This document shows, one piece after another, positions 22,789 through 31,864 of a stretch of DNA of 64,000 nucleotides (its first letter is position 1; every line of letters begins with the position of its first letter). Below the pieces are notes generated by a model. The model was not told the DNA's origin and did no database searches. It saw nothing but the letters and a program-made list of their open reading frames with translations. A program made the translations under genes and the position numbers. This DNA is from Vicinamibacteria bacterium (lineage in GTDB: Bacteria; Acidobacteriota; Vicinamibacteria; Marinacidobacterales; Marinacidobacteraceae). The DNA is taken from assembly GCA_965199715.1 (NCBI GenBank), contig OZ241322.1, positions 1,152,001 to 1,216,000 of the forward strand, read 5' to 3'.

Positions 22789-23159
22789 GACACGCCGAAT
22801 CGGTCCACGACCCAGGCGAAGCGGCGGCTGAACCCGTAGTTGTCGAGCGGCATCAGGAACTGGCCGTCCTCGGACAGCGCGGCCGCGAGCGCGTCGATCT
22901 CCGCCTCGTCCGAAGTCTCGACGAAGAACGAGATGGACGGGGTGAAGGTGAAGTCGTGGCTGATGAAGCTGTCGCTGCAGTTCACGTTCTGGCCGCCGAC
23001 CGAGAACGTGGCGAAGCGCACCGTCCCCTCGGGGCCGGGGCCGTCGGCCCCGTAGCGGTCCACGGTGAGGATGCGGCTGTCGGGGACGACCCGGACGTAG
23101 AAGTCCATGGCCTCCTGAGCGCGGCCCTCGAACATCAGGAAGGGCGTGACGGATTTCAT
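22767..23159 (-). CDS. VOC / PhnB-like (3-dmu-9_3-mt) protein
   Basis: TPFLMF.G.A.EA..FY, FTPSISF, FAWV.DRFGVSWQL. Confidence 0.9.
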   Translation of the reverse strand: MKSVTPFLMFEGRAQEAMDFYVRVVPDSRILTVDRYGADGPGPEGTVRFATFSVGGQNVNCSDSFISHDFTFTPSISFFVETSDEAEIDALAAALSEDGQFLMPLDNYGFSRRFAWVVDRFGVSWQLNLA

Positions 23160-24610
23160 GATCGCTCCGCGAGGAAGGCGGCGCGGAGCTCGGCCTTCCG
23201 AACCTTTCCGGAGGCGGTCCGCACGATGCGTTCCGTCAACACTATCTCCCGTGGGCGCTTGTAGCGGGCGAGCCGCTCGTCGAGATGGCGGCGCAGATCG
23301 TCTGTCGAGACCGGGTTCCGGACCTCGACGAGCGCGATCGGCGCCTCCCCCCAGCGCTCGTCGGGCACCCCGAAGACGGCGCAGTCGAGGACCTCGGGAT
23401 GGGACTCGAGTCCGGCCTCGATCTCGCGGGGGTGCACGCTGATTCCGCCGGTGACGATCTTTTGGACGGATCGTCCGACGAGCGTGACGAAGCCGTCCTC
23501 GTCGGCGCGGCCGAGGTCGCCGGTCCAGCCCCAGCCGTCGCCGTTTCGGAAGTAGCCGGCGGTCTCCTCGGGATCCTCGTAGTAGCCGTCCATCAGGAAC
23601 GGCCCGCGCACGATCAGCTCCCCGGTCTCGCCGGGCGGAAGCGACGCGCCGTCCGGGCCGGCGATCCGCAGCTCGACCCCGTGCGCCGGCTGACCTATGG
23701 TCTCGGGCCGGGCGGCGGCGTCCCACGGCTTCAGGATCGTGAGCGGGCCGGTCTCGGACTGTCCGTAGTGGTCGGCGTAGCCGCACCAGGGAAACCGCTC
23801 GCGCCATGCGGCGATGAGGTCGGGCGGGCTAGTGGCGCCGCCCACGCCGAGATTCACGAAGGAGCGCGGGATCGGTTCGGTCCGGGAGAGGAGGTCGCGC
23901 ACCTGGACCGGCACGAGGAACGCGGCGCGGATCCGGCGCCGTTCGGCCTCGGCGGCGAACGCGTCGGGATCCCATCTTCGGAAGAGCACCGAGGAGGCCC
24001 CGGCGACCATCGCCGCCTGAAGCCAGATCAACAGCCCGACCGCGTGGGACATGGGGGTGACCGCGGCGACCACGTCCCGGTCGGTCAGGCCGTGCTCGAG
24101 CGCGGTCGAGAGCGCCGAGAGATACCGCGCGCGATGGCTCGCGACCGCGCCCCGGGGCCGGCCGGTCGTGCCGCCGGTGAACGTCATGGCCGCCGGGTCG
24201 TCGGGATGGACGCGGACGCCGGGCGGCGTCGGGTCGCCGAGGCAGCCGTCGAGGCTGGCCGGGATCGCGAGCCCGCCGAACGGAACCCGATCGTCTCCGG
24301 CGACGAGGATCCGGGGTTCGGTCCGGTCGAGGATGTGGGTGATTTCGGCCGGGGCGCTGCCCGGCGGGACGTGGACCGCCACGCCGCCGGCCCGCGCGAC
24401 CCCGAAGTGGATGACCGCGTATTCCGGCGAGTTGCGCAGCAGGCAGGCGATGCGGTCCCCGGGCCGGACGCCGGATGCAAGCAGGAAGTTGGCGAAGCCG
24501 TTCGCGAGGCCGTCGAGTTCGGCGTAGGAGACCTCGCGATCCCCGGCGATGAGCGCGACCTTGCGAGGCGCCCGGAGCGCCGCGAGCCGCAGGATTTCGC
24601 CGAAGAGCAC
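23156..24610 (-). CDS. Class I adenylate-forming enzyme (acyl-CoA ligase)
   Basis: FTGGTTGRP, YGQSE, TGDLG, SGK. Confidence 0.9.
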   Translation of the reverse strand: MLFGEILRLAALRAPRKVALIAGDREVSYAELDGLANGFANFLLASGVRPGDRIACLLRNSPEYAVIHFGVARAGGVAVHVPPGSAPAEITHILDRTEPRILVAGDDRVPFGGLAIPASLDGCLGDPTPPGVRVHPDDPAAMTFTGGTTGRPRGAVASHRARYLSALSTALEHGLTDRDVVAAVTPMSHAVGLLIWLQAAMVAGASSVLFRRWDPDAFAAEAERRRIRAAFLVPVQVRDLLSRTEPIPRSFVNLGVGGATSPPDLIAAWRERFPWCGYADHYGQSETGPLTILKPWDAAARPETIGQPAHGVELRIAGPDGASLPPGETGELIVRGPFLMDGYYEDPEETAGYFRNGDGWGWTGDLGRADEDGFVTLVGRSVQKIVTGGISVHPREIEAGLESHPEVLDCAVFGVPDERWGEAPIALVEVRNPVSTDDLRRHLDERLARYKRPREIVLTERIVRTASGKVRKAELRAAFLAERS

Positions 24611-24613
24611 GGC

Positions 24614-24910
24614 TCAGTCCAGCGGAACCAGCCGGATGCGGGTCCGGTCGCGTTGGGGAGGGTTCAGCGGATCGGCGACGGCCTGGCGGACCCGGGCGAT
24701 CGTTTCGGCGCGGAATCTCCGGCCCAGCGGAAGCGCTCCGGGTCGCCGCAGCGACGGCAGCCGTCGCTGCGGGTCGCGCATGAAGGCGGCGCCGCCGTCC
24801 ACTGGCCGCATCGCCCCGACAAAGAGGATCTCGCGCCATTTCCGCAGCGGGATGACGACCGCGCCGGAGGCGTCCCGGCGGAGGTCCTGGAACGGATCGC
24901 AATCCCGCAT
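24614..24910 (-). CDS. Hypothetical protein (98 aa)
   Basis: ATG with a TATCGT box 7 nt upstream; stop 3 nt before the ligase start. Confidence 0.5.
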   Translation of the reverse strand: MRDCDPFQDLRRDASGAVVIPLRKWREILFVGAMRPVDGGAAFMRDPQRRLPSLRRPGALPLGRRFRAETIARVRQAVADPLNPPQRDRTRIRLVPLD

Positions 24911-24931
24911 CGCCCCTACGATACGCCGTCG

Positions 24932-25639
24932 ATGGCCCGAGTCCAGCTTGTCCTGGTCCGCCCTCGCCGGGCGGAGAACGTGGGCGCCGCCGCGCGGGTC
25001 GTAGCCAACATGGAATTCGCCGGCCTCCGCCTCGTGGCGCCGGGCGACTGGCGCACGGTCCCGGCGTTCCGTTCGGCGTGGCAGGCCGAGCACGTTCTCG
25101 AAGAAGCCCGGGTGTTCCCCGACCTGCTCGCGGCGGTGGCCGACTGTCGCTTCGTCGCCGGGCTCAGCGGCAAGGGCGGCGACCGCATCCGCCACCTGTC
25201 GCCCCGGGAGCTCGGCGGCGAAATCGCCGCGCTCGGAGCGGACGACCCCGCGGCGGTGGTCTTCGGGAACGAGTCCACCGGGTTGACCATGGCGGAACGG
25301 TCGCTTTGCCAGCGGCAGGTCCGGATCCCCGCCTCGCCGCGCCAGCCGTCCCTGAACCTGGCCCAGGCCGCGATGGTGGTCGCCTACGAGATCCGCCTCG
25401 CCGGCGAGGCGCCGGAGGAAGCGCTCGAGAGGGCGACGGCGGGCGAGGCGGAGCCGGCGCTTCGGGCGATCCGCGACGCGATGCTGCGCGTGGGGTTTCT
25501 CGCGAAGGAGAACCCCGAGGCTCGTTTCCGGGAATGGCGCGAGCTCTTCGGGCGGGCCGGCCTCACGCCCCGCGAGACCCGGCTGATCCTCGCGCTGGCG
25601 CGCCGGATCCAGGGGACGGTCAGCCGAGGTTCTCCCTGA
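24932..25639 (+). CDS. SPOUT RNA methyltransferase, TrmJ/LasT family
   Basis: ENVGAAAR, VFGNESTGL, SLNLAQA. Confidence 0.9.
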   Translation: MARVQLVLVRPRRAENVGAAARVVANMEFAGLRLVAPGDWRTVPAFRSAWQAEHVLEEARVFPDLLAAVADCRFVAGLSGKGGDRIRHLSPRELGGEIAALGADDPAAVVFGNESTGLTMAERSLCQRQVRIPASPRQPSLNLAQAAMVVAYEIRLAGEAPEEALERATAGEAEPALRAIRDAMLRVGFLAKENPEARFREWRELFGRAGLTPRETRLILALARRIQGTVSRGSP

Positions 25640-26288
25640 AGAGGTCAAGAACCCGGCTCCAGGCGGCCGCCGCGGCGGCCGCGTCGTAGGACGGGCGCTC
25701 GTCGTTGAAGAACGCGTGGCTCGTGCCCGGGTAGGTGTGGAAGTCGGGCTCGACGCCCGCGGCGGCGAGTGACGCGCGCAGCTTGGCCACCGCTTCGGCC
25801 GGCACGAAGTCGTCGTGCTCGGCGAAGAGCCCGAGGACCGGCCCCCGGATCGCACCATAGTTCGGGTGCACGTTCGGGTGGATTCCGTAGAAGTCCACGC
25901 AGGCTCCGATGCGGGGCGACGCGCCGGCGGCGTAGAGCGCGAGCTGGCCGCCCATGCAGAACCCGACGACCCCGACCGAGTCCCCGCTGGAGACCGACGC
26001 GAGATGGTCCGCGGCGCCTCGCAGATCCCGCTCGGCGCGTTCCACGTCGAGCGCCATGAGCAGCTTCCCCGCGGCGTCGGGCGAGGCGGTCTGCTCGCCG
26101 TGGAAGAGATCCGGGGCCAACGCGGTGAAACCGGCCTCGGCGAAGCGGTCGGCCACGGCGCGGATGTGGCCGACGAGGCCCCACCACTCCTGGATCACGA
26201 TCACTCCGGGGCCGGGGGAGTCGGGGACGGCGAGGTATCCCTCGCCGGAGCCGCTTTCGATCGGGAACGAGACCATCCGTCCTGCCAT
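25620..26288 (-). CDS. Dienelactone hydrolase family protein
   Basis: QEWWGL, GFCMGG, HAFFN. Confidence 0.93.
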   Translation of the reverse strand: MAGRMVSFPIESGSGEGYLAVPDSPGPGVIVIQEWWGLVGHIRAVADRFAEAGFTALAPDLFHGEQTASPDAAGKLLMALDVERAERDLRGAADHLASVSSGDSVGVVGFCMGGQLALYAAGASPRIGACVDFYGIHPNVHPNYGAIRGPVLGLFAEHDDFVPAEAVAKLRASLAAAGVEPDFHTYPGTSHAFFNDERPSYDAAAAAAAWSRVLDLFRENLG

Positions 26289-26390
26289 GGGGCTGCCTCC
26301 GCGGGAAGGGTTCGGATGCTACAACGGCGGTTCTGATAATTTGGCGAGCGCTTCTGCAGCGCGCCGCGCCGTCGCGGCGGAAAGGGAGAC

Positions 26391-28070
26391 ATGACCCCAC
26401 TCGCCGCGACGCTCGTCTGCCTCGCGCTCTACGCATCCGGCTACCGGTTCTACGCGAGGCGGATCGCCTCCCGTTCGTTCGAGCTGGACGACAGCCGCCC
26501 GACCCCGGCCCACGAGCTCTCGGACGGACGCGACTTCGTGCCCACGAAGCCGCAGGTGCTTTTCGGCCACCACTTCGCCTCGATCGCGGGTCTGGCGCCG
26601 ATGCTGGGTCCGGCCATCGCGGTGATCTGGGGCTGGGTGCCCGCGATGATCTGGGTGGTCCTCGGGACCGTCTTCATCGGCGCGGTCCACGACTTCTCGG
26701 CGCTCTGCCTCAGCATCCGGGCGAAGGGCCGGTCCATCGGGCGGATCGCCGAGGACATCATCGGCCGCCGCGCGAAGTTCCTGTTCCACGCGCTGATCGT
26801 GTTCCTGATCGGGCTTGCGATGGGCGTGTTCGTCCAGGTCGTCGCCGGCCTGTTCGCGACCGACTACGCCGGAGCGGTGACCCCGAGCGCGGTGGTGATG
26901 ATCGTGGCCGTCGCGATCGGGGTCCTCTCGTACCGCCGCGGGGTGAGCCTCAAGGTGCTCGTCCCGATCGGGACCGCGCTGCTGTTCGTCGGCATTTGGC
27001 TGGGCGCCGTGCTCCCCGCCCCGATGCTCGCGATCCCCGAGTGGAGCTACATCCTGCTCGGGTACGCCTTCCTCGCGTCGGTGCTTCCGGTCTGGCTACT
27101 GCTCCAGCCGCGCGACTTCCTCAACTCGATCCTGCTGTACATCGCGCTCATCGCGGTCTTCGTGTCGTTCGTGATCCAGAACCCGGAGTTCGCCGCCCCG
27201 GCCTACAACCCGCAGCCCGACGGAGCGCCGCCGATCTTCCCGTTCGTGTTCATCGTGATCGCCTGCGGCGCGGTCTCGGGCTTCCACGCGCTGGTCTCGT
27301 CCGGCACCACCGCGAAGCAGCTCGACAGGGAGACCCACGCCCGGCCGATCGGCTACGGCGGCATGGTGGCCGAGAGCCTGCTGGGCCTCTCCGCGGTGCT
27401 CGCGACGACCGCCGGCTTCTCCAGCTCATCGGCGTGGCACTCCCACTTCGCGAGCTGGGACAGTGCGAACGGCCTCGTGGACAAGCTGAACGCCTACATC
27501 CAGGGCGCGGCGAACTTCCTCACCACGATCGGGGTTCCCGTGGAGGTCGGCAAGGCGTTCATGGCGCTCGTGGCCGTCTCGTTCGCGCTCACCACGATCG
27601 ACTCGGCCACCCGCATCCTCCGCTACAACATCGAGGAGATCGCCGACAGCGTCAAGATTCCCGCGCTCGGGCACCGGTACGTGGCGTCGGTGCTGGCGGT
27701 CGGAGTCATCGGGTTCTTCGCGCTGCTGGAGATCAACGGCGTTCCCGCCGGAACCGCGCTGTGGGCGCTGTTCGGCACGACGAACCAGATCATGGCGGGC
27801 CTGACGCTGCTGTCGGTGACGCTGTACCTCTACTTCCGCAAGAAGCCCTACGTGTACACGCTCGTGCCCATGGTCTTCATGCTGCTCACGACGATCAGCG
27901 CCATGATCTACAACATCCGCCACTACGTGGAGGGAGGGAGCTGGCTGCTGCTCGGCGTGGGCGGAGCGGTCCTCCTGCTCGCGATCTGGCTGCTGATCGA
28001 GGCCGTGCTGCGGTTCACCCGCGACCGCGAGCTCGCGATGGAAGGAATCCGGAAGGCGTTCGGCGACTGA
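26391..28070 (+). CDS. cstA: Carbon starvation protein A (peptide/pyruvate transporter)
   Basis: FGHHFASIAG, GAVHDF, LLQPRD, ACGAVSGFH, FGTTNQ. Confidence 0.95.
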   Translation: MTPLAATLVCLALYASGYRFYARRIASRSFELDDSRPTPAHELSDGRDFVPTKPQVLFGHHFASIAGLAPMLGPAIAVIWGWVPAMIWVVLGTVFIGAVHDFSALCLSIRAKGRSIGRIAEDIIGRRAKFLFHALIVFLIGLAMGVFVQVVAGLFATDYAGAVTPSAVVMIVAVAIGVLSYRRGVSLKVLVPIGTALLFVGIWLGAVLPAPMLAIPEWSYILLGYAFLASVLPVWLLLQPRDFLNSILLYIALIAVFVSFVIQNPEFAAPAYNPQPDGAPPIFPFVFIVIACGAVSGFHALVSSGTTAKQLDRETHARPIGYGGMVAESLLGLSAVLATTAGFSSSSAWHSHFASWDSANGLVDKLNAYIQGAANFLTTIGVPVEVGKAFMALVAVSFALTTIDSATRILRYNIEEIADSVKIPALGHRYVASVLAVGVIGFFALLEINGVPAGTALWALFGTTNQIMAGLTLLSVTLYLYFRKKPYVYTLVPMVFMLLTTISAMIYNIRHYVEGGSWLLLGVGGAVLLLAIWLLIEAVLRFTRDRELAMEGIRKAFGD

Positions 28071-28076
28071 CCGCGC

Positions 28077-28841
28077 CTACCTCGCGCAGGTGAGGTGGCG
28101 CCCGCCGTCCACGGGGACCGTGACCCCCGTGATGAAGCCGGCCTGATCCGAGAGCAGGAAGAGCGCCAGCGCAGCGACCTCCTCGGGCGTTCCCACGCGG
28201 CCGATCGGGTGGGTCGTCCGGCTGTGCTCGACGAACGCCCCGTACCGCTCGGCGTCGAGGCCGCCGGCGCGGTGCAGCTCGGTCCGGGTGACGCCCGGGT
28301 TCACCGAGTTGACGCGGACTCCCTTCGCGGCGAGCTCCAGCGCGGCGCAGCGAGTCAGCTGGTCGAGCGCCGACTTGCTGGAGTTGTAGGCCAGCACGCC
28401 GGGGAAGGAGCGCATGCCGTTCACGCTGGAGACGTGCACCACGGAACCCCGGGCTCGCAGCAGCTCCGGGGTCGCGAGCCGGAGAAGGTCGAAGCAGGCC
28501 TCGACGTTCAGGGCGAACATCCGCCGCCAACCATCGAGCGTCGTGTTCTCGATGGTTCCGAAGGCGATGACTCCCGCCGAGCTGACGAGATGGTCCAGCC
28601 GTCCGAAGCGCGACGCGGTCTCGCTCACGACGCTGTCGCGGAACGCGGGATCGGTGACGTCGCCGGCGCGGGGCGCGAGGGAGTCCCCGAGCTCCGACCG
28701 GAGCGCGTCGAGGCGGTCGGCGCGACGGGCCACGGCGACGACCCGGGCGCCCTCGGCGACGAGCGAGCGGGCCACGGCGCGGCCAATGCCGCTCGAGGCG
28801 CCGGTGACGATGGCGACGCGGTCCTGGAATCGTTGGCTCAC
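28077..28841 (-). CDS. SDR family oxidoreductase
   Basis: TGASSGIG, YNSSK, VRVN.V.PG, VDGG; GTGA overlap. Confidence 0.93.
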   Translation of the reverse strand: MSQRFQDRVAIVTGASSGIGRAVARSLVAEGARVVAVARRADRLDALRSELGDSLAPRAGDVTDPAFRDSVVSETASRFGRLDHLVSSAGVIAFGTIENTTLDGWRRMFALNVEACFDLLRLATPELLRARGSVVHVSSVNGMRSFPGVLAYNSSKSALDQLTRCAALELAAKGVRVNSVNPGVTRTELHRAGGLDAERYGAFVEHSRTTHPIGRVGTPEEVAALALFLLSDQAGFITGVTVPVDGGRHLTCAR

Positions 28842-29617
28842 GGGCGTTGTTCTCCGGGGGGACGATACCCCTCGCTGGCGGCCAGCCCCATGGCCCGCCC
28901 GGCCCGACCCATGGCCACGCCTACGGTGGCCCAGGCCCAGAACACGCTCGCCAAGACGCCCACGAGGCACAGCGCGAGGCCCATGACGCCGAGGACGTCG
29001 ATCAAGATGATCGTGAGCAGCAGGAAGAGGCAGTTGGGGATGTTCGCTCCGATCAGCTTCAGGACGGCGCCGAATCGGACGCCCTCGCGGAAGCGGTTCG
29101 CGGCGACCATCCGGATGGTCGCGACCGTGATCATCAGGTGCGCCACCGTGAACCAGGCCAGCAGGAGTCCGAACGCCGGGATCGTCAGGACCACGGCGGC
29201 CAGGGACAGGACGTCCAGCTCCGGAGGCTCGAAGCCGGCGAGGGTGAAGGCCAACGCGGTGACCAGCGCCGTGACGACGAGGACGACCGCGCCGATGATC
29301 GGCGCGGGCGCCCCCCACCCGAGGGTCGCTCCCAGAACGCGGAGGCCGTCCGGAAGGATCCCTCCGAAATCTCGCCAGTCCGCAAGCGGATGCGCAGCGC
29401 CGCGCAGCGCGTTGCCCGCCGTGCGCGCCTGGAATCCGAGGAGCGGAATCCCGAAGGGCCAGCCGACCAAGGGGACCGAGCAGCACAGGACCAGGAGCGA
29501 TCCCACGGCGAATTCGCCGAGCGCCGCCGGATCGCGGAAGGCGACCCCAAGGATCCCGCCGAGACGGAACGGCTCAGCAGGGGGCGGCGGCGGCGGCCCG
29601 CCGCGCCCCTCAGTCGT
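28838..29617 (-). CDS. DUF4013-family membrane protein, copy 4 (no canonical start; ACG at 29617 proposed)
   Basis: F.LGGIL..AFRDP and HPLADW.DFGG...DGL match the adjacent paralogues; first GTG (29506) lies inside the homologous region. Confidence 0.7.
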   Translation of the reverse strand, partial: TTEGRGGPPPPPPAEPFRLGGILGVAFRDPAALGEFAVGSLLVLCCSVPLVGWPFGIPLLGFQARTAGNALRGAAHPLADWRDFGGILPDGLRVLGATLGWGAPAPIIGAVVLVVTALVTALAFTLAGFEPPELDVLSLAAVVLTIPAFGLLLAWFTVAHLMITVATIRMVAANRFREGVRFGAVLKLIGANIPNCLFLLLTIILIDVLGVMGLALCLVGVLASVFWAWATVGVAMGRAGRAMGLAASEGYRPPGEQRP

Positions 29618-30302
29618 CTTCGACTTCGATCCCCATGATCCGCCCGGCGCGACCCATCGCGACGCCCTCGGAGGCGATGGCCCAGAACGCGCCCGGGATC
29701 GCGCCCACGACGAAGAGCAGGACGCTCAGGCAGCCGAGGATGCGCACGAGAACGACCGTGAACAGCAGGGCGAGACCGGTCTTGAGACTGCCGATGGCGT
29801 TCCAGAGGATGGACAGGGGACGCAACGCCTCGCGGAAGTTGTCGGCGGCCACCATCCGGGTGATCGCGATGGAGCAGAGGACGTGGAACCCGCCGAGACA
29901 CAGGGTCCCGACCACGACCATGCCGCCGAGCGCTCCGAGGATCACGGGGGGATCGAACGTCCCGAGCATGGCGGGCGAGGCCCCGGTCGCAAGGACCAGG
30001 ACGAGCGTGGCCCCTGCGGCGACGACGCTCCAGACGATCTTGACCGCCATGACGCGCAGGCCGTCGTAGAGGATCCCGCCGAAGTCGTCCCATTCGGCGA
30101 ACGGGCTCGCGTCGCCGCGCAACTCGTTGCGTATCGTGCGGGCCTGGTAGCCCCACAGCGGGAGAAGGCCGAGCACCGGAACGACGCTGAAGACGACCGC
30201 GACCGATCCCAACACGATCTTGCGGATCGCCGACGGGTCGTGGAAGGCCTGGAAGAGGATCCGGCCGACGTGGAAGCGGGGGCGGATGTCGTCGTCGGTC
30301 AT
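29610..30302 (-). CDS. DUF4013-family membrane protein, copy 3
   Basis: AFHDP...KIVLG, GY..R, EWDDFGG.LYDGL. Confidence 0.75.
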   Translation of the reverse strand: MTDDDIRPRFHVGRILFQAFHDPSAIRKIVLGSVAVVFSVVPVLGLLPLWGYQARTIRNELRGDASPFAEWDDFGGILYDGLRVMAVKIVWSVVAAGATLVLVLATGASPAMLGTFDPPVILGALGGMVVVGTLCLGGFHVLCSIAITRMVAADNFREALRPLSILWNAIGSLKTGLALLFTVVLVRILGCLSVLLFVVGAIPGAFWAIASEGVAMGRAGRIMGIEVEDD

Positions 30303-31048
30303 GGTTTCGAGGGAGCGACCTCCATCACCCGGCCCGCGTGGCCGATGGCGACTCCGTAGGTGGCGAACGCCCAGAACGCTCCCGGAATCGCGCCCACGAC
30401 GCACGGCAGCACGCTCAGGCCGCCCAGGGCGCCGACGAGCAGGAGCGTCAGGATGAGGTAGATCTGGACGCGGAGGTTGTCCCCGACCAGCTTGAAGATG
30501 GCGTCGAAGCGGAACGCCTCGGCGACGCTGTCGGTGGCGATCATCCGCAGCAGCGCGGCCTGGAAGAGCACGTGCATGAGGACGCCCCACGCGACCAGGA
30601 CCCCGACGGCGATCACGCCGCCAAGCGCGACGACGGCGGCGAAGATCGCGAGGCCGGTGCTCCCGAGAATGCCGCCGAGCATCGCGAACATGGCGAAGAA
30701 GAGCCCGCCGGCGGCGAAGCCCGCCACGATCCAGACGAGGGCCGCGGCGATGACGCGGACCCCGTCCACGAGGAGGCCGCCCATGTCGTTCCAGTCAGCG
30801 AGCGGATGCTCCGCCCCCTCGAGCGCCTTGCGGACGCTTCGGGCCATGAATCCCAGCAGCGCGAGGAGGCCCACCCCGAAGAACGGGATGAACAGCACGG
30901 CGATGCAGCCGAGGACGAACTTGCGGAACACGAGCGGGTCCCGGAAGGCGGCCGCGAGGACGCTCCCGAGGTCGAAGCCGCCCTCGGGCGGCCGCGGCAG
31001 GTCCGGGGGCGGCGGGGGCGCCGGAGGGACGGGCTCGCTGTCGGGCAA
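30299..31048 (-). CDS. DUF4013-family membrane protein, copy 2
   Basis: TTG start with AGGAG; AFRDP..RKF.LG, HPLADWND.GG.L.DG. Confidence 0.78.
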   Translation of the reverse strand: MPDSEPVPPAPPPPPDLPRPPEGGFDLGSVLAAAFRDPLVFRKFVLGCIAVLFIPFFGVGLLALLGFMARSVRKALEGAEHPLADWNDMGGLLVDGVRVIAAALVWIVAGFAAGGLFFAMFAMLGGILGSTGLAIFAAVVALGGVIAVGVLVAWGVLMHVLFQAALLRMIATDSVAEAFRFDAIFKLVGDNLRVQIYLILTLLLVGALGGLSVLPCVVGAIPGAFWAFATYGVAIGHAGRVMEVAPSKP

Positions 31049-31058
31049 GGGGAATCTC

Positions 31059-31817
31059 CTAGTCGGTGGAATCCGAAACGGTCAGCCCCATCGCGCTGCC
31101 GGCGCGCCCCACCGCCGTCCCGTAGCTCGCGAAGACCCAGAACAGCGCTGGCAGGACTCCGACGAAAGTCGGCAGGCTCAGCAGGCTGAGAGCCTTGATG
31201 ATGACGACCGAGAGGATCAGGCAGAGGCTGACGCCGAGGTTGGCTCGGACCATCGCGTACACCGCGTCGAGGCGGAGCGCCTCGCCGAATCGGCCCGCCG
31301 CCACCATCCGCATGACGCCGGCGTGGAACGCCATGTGGCCCGCGAGGCCGCCCGCGACCGCGATTCCGATCGCGAGCAGCCCGCCGAACGCGGCGATGAA
31401 GCCGAGGCCGACCATGAGTCCGGTCATGTGCGAGGAGAAGCTGGTGAGGATGGCGCCGAACGCCGCGAACAACGCGAGCGGAACGCCGGCGACCGCGACC
31501 GCGGCCACCGCGCAGAGAAGGGCGACGCCAAGAACCCGAACCCCGTCCAGCAGCAGGCCGCCCACGTCGTTCCACTCGGCGAGCGGGTGCTCGTCGCCGG
31601 CCATCGCGTTTCGCGCGGTCCGGGCCATGAACCCGAGCAGCGCCGCCAGGCCGATTCCGAAGAAGGGAACGAGCACGGCCGCGACGGCGCCGATGGCGAA
31701 CTTGCGCAGCGCGTTCGGATCCCGGAATGCGGCCATGAGCACGCCGCCGAGATCGAACGCCTGCGGCAGGCGCGGTAAGTCGGTGTTCGAAGAAGCGGGG
31801 GGCGTCGTTTCGGTCAT
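31059..31817 (-). CDS. DUF4013-family membrane protein, copy 1
   Basis: [26 protein letters not shown]; AAGGAG SD. Confidence 0.78.
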   Translation of the reverse strand: MTETTPPASSNTDLPRLPQAFDLGGVLMAAFRDPNALRKFAIGAVAAVLVPFFGIGLAALLGFMARTARNAMAGDEHPLAEWNDVGGLLLDGVRVLGVALLCAVAAVAVAGVPLALFAAFGAILTSFSSHMTGLMVGLGFIAAFGGLLAIGIAVAGGLAGHMAFHAGVMRMVAAGRFGEALRLDAVYAMVRANLGVSLCLILSVVIIKALSLLSLPTFVGVLPALFWVFASYGTAVGRAGSAMGLTVSDSTD

Positions 31818-31864
31818 GTATGGAGGCTCCTTCTCGCAGTATCCTTACGCCCACTGTAGCGAAC

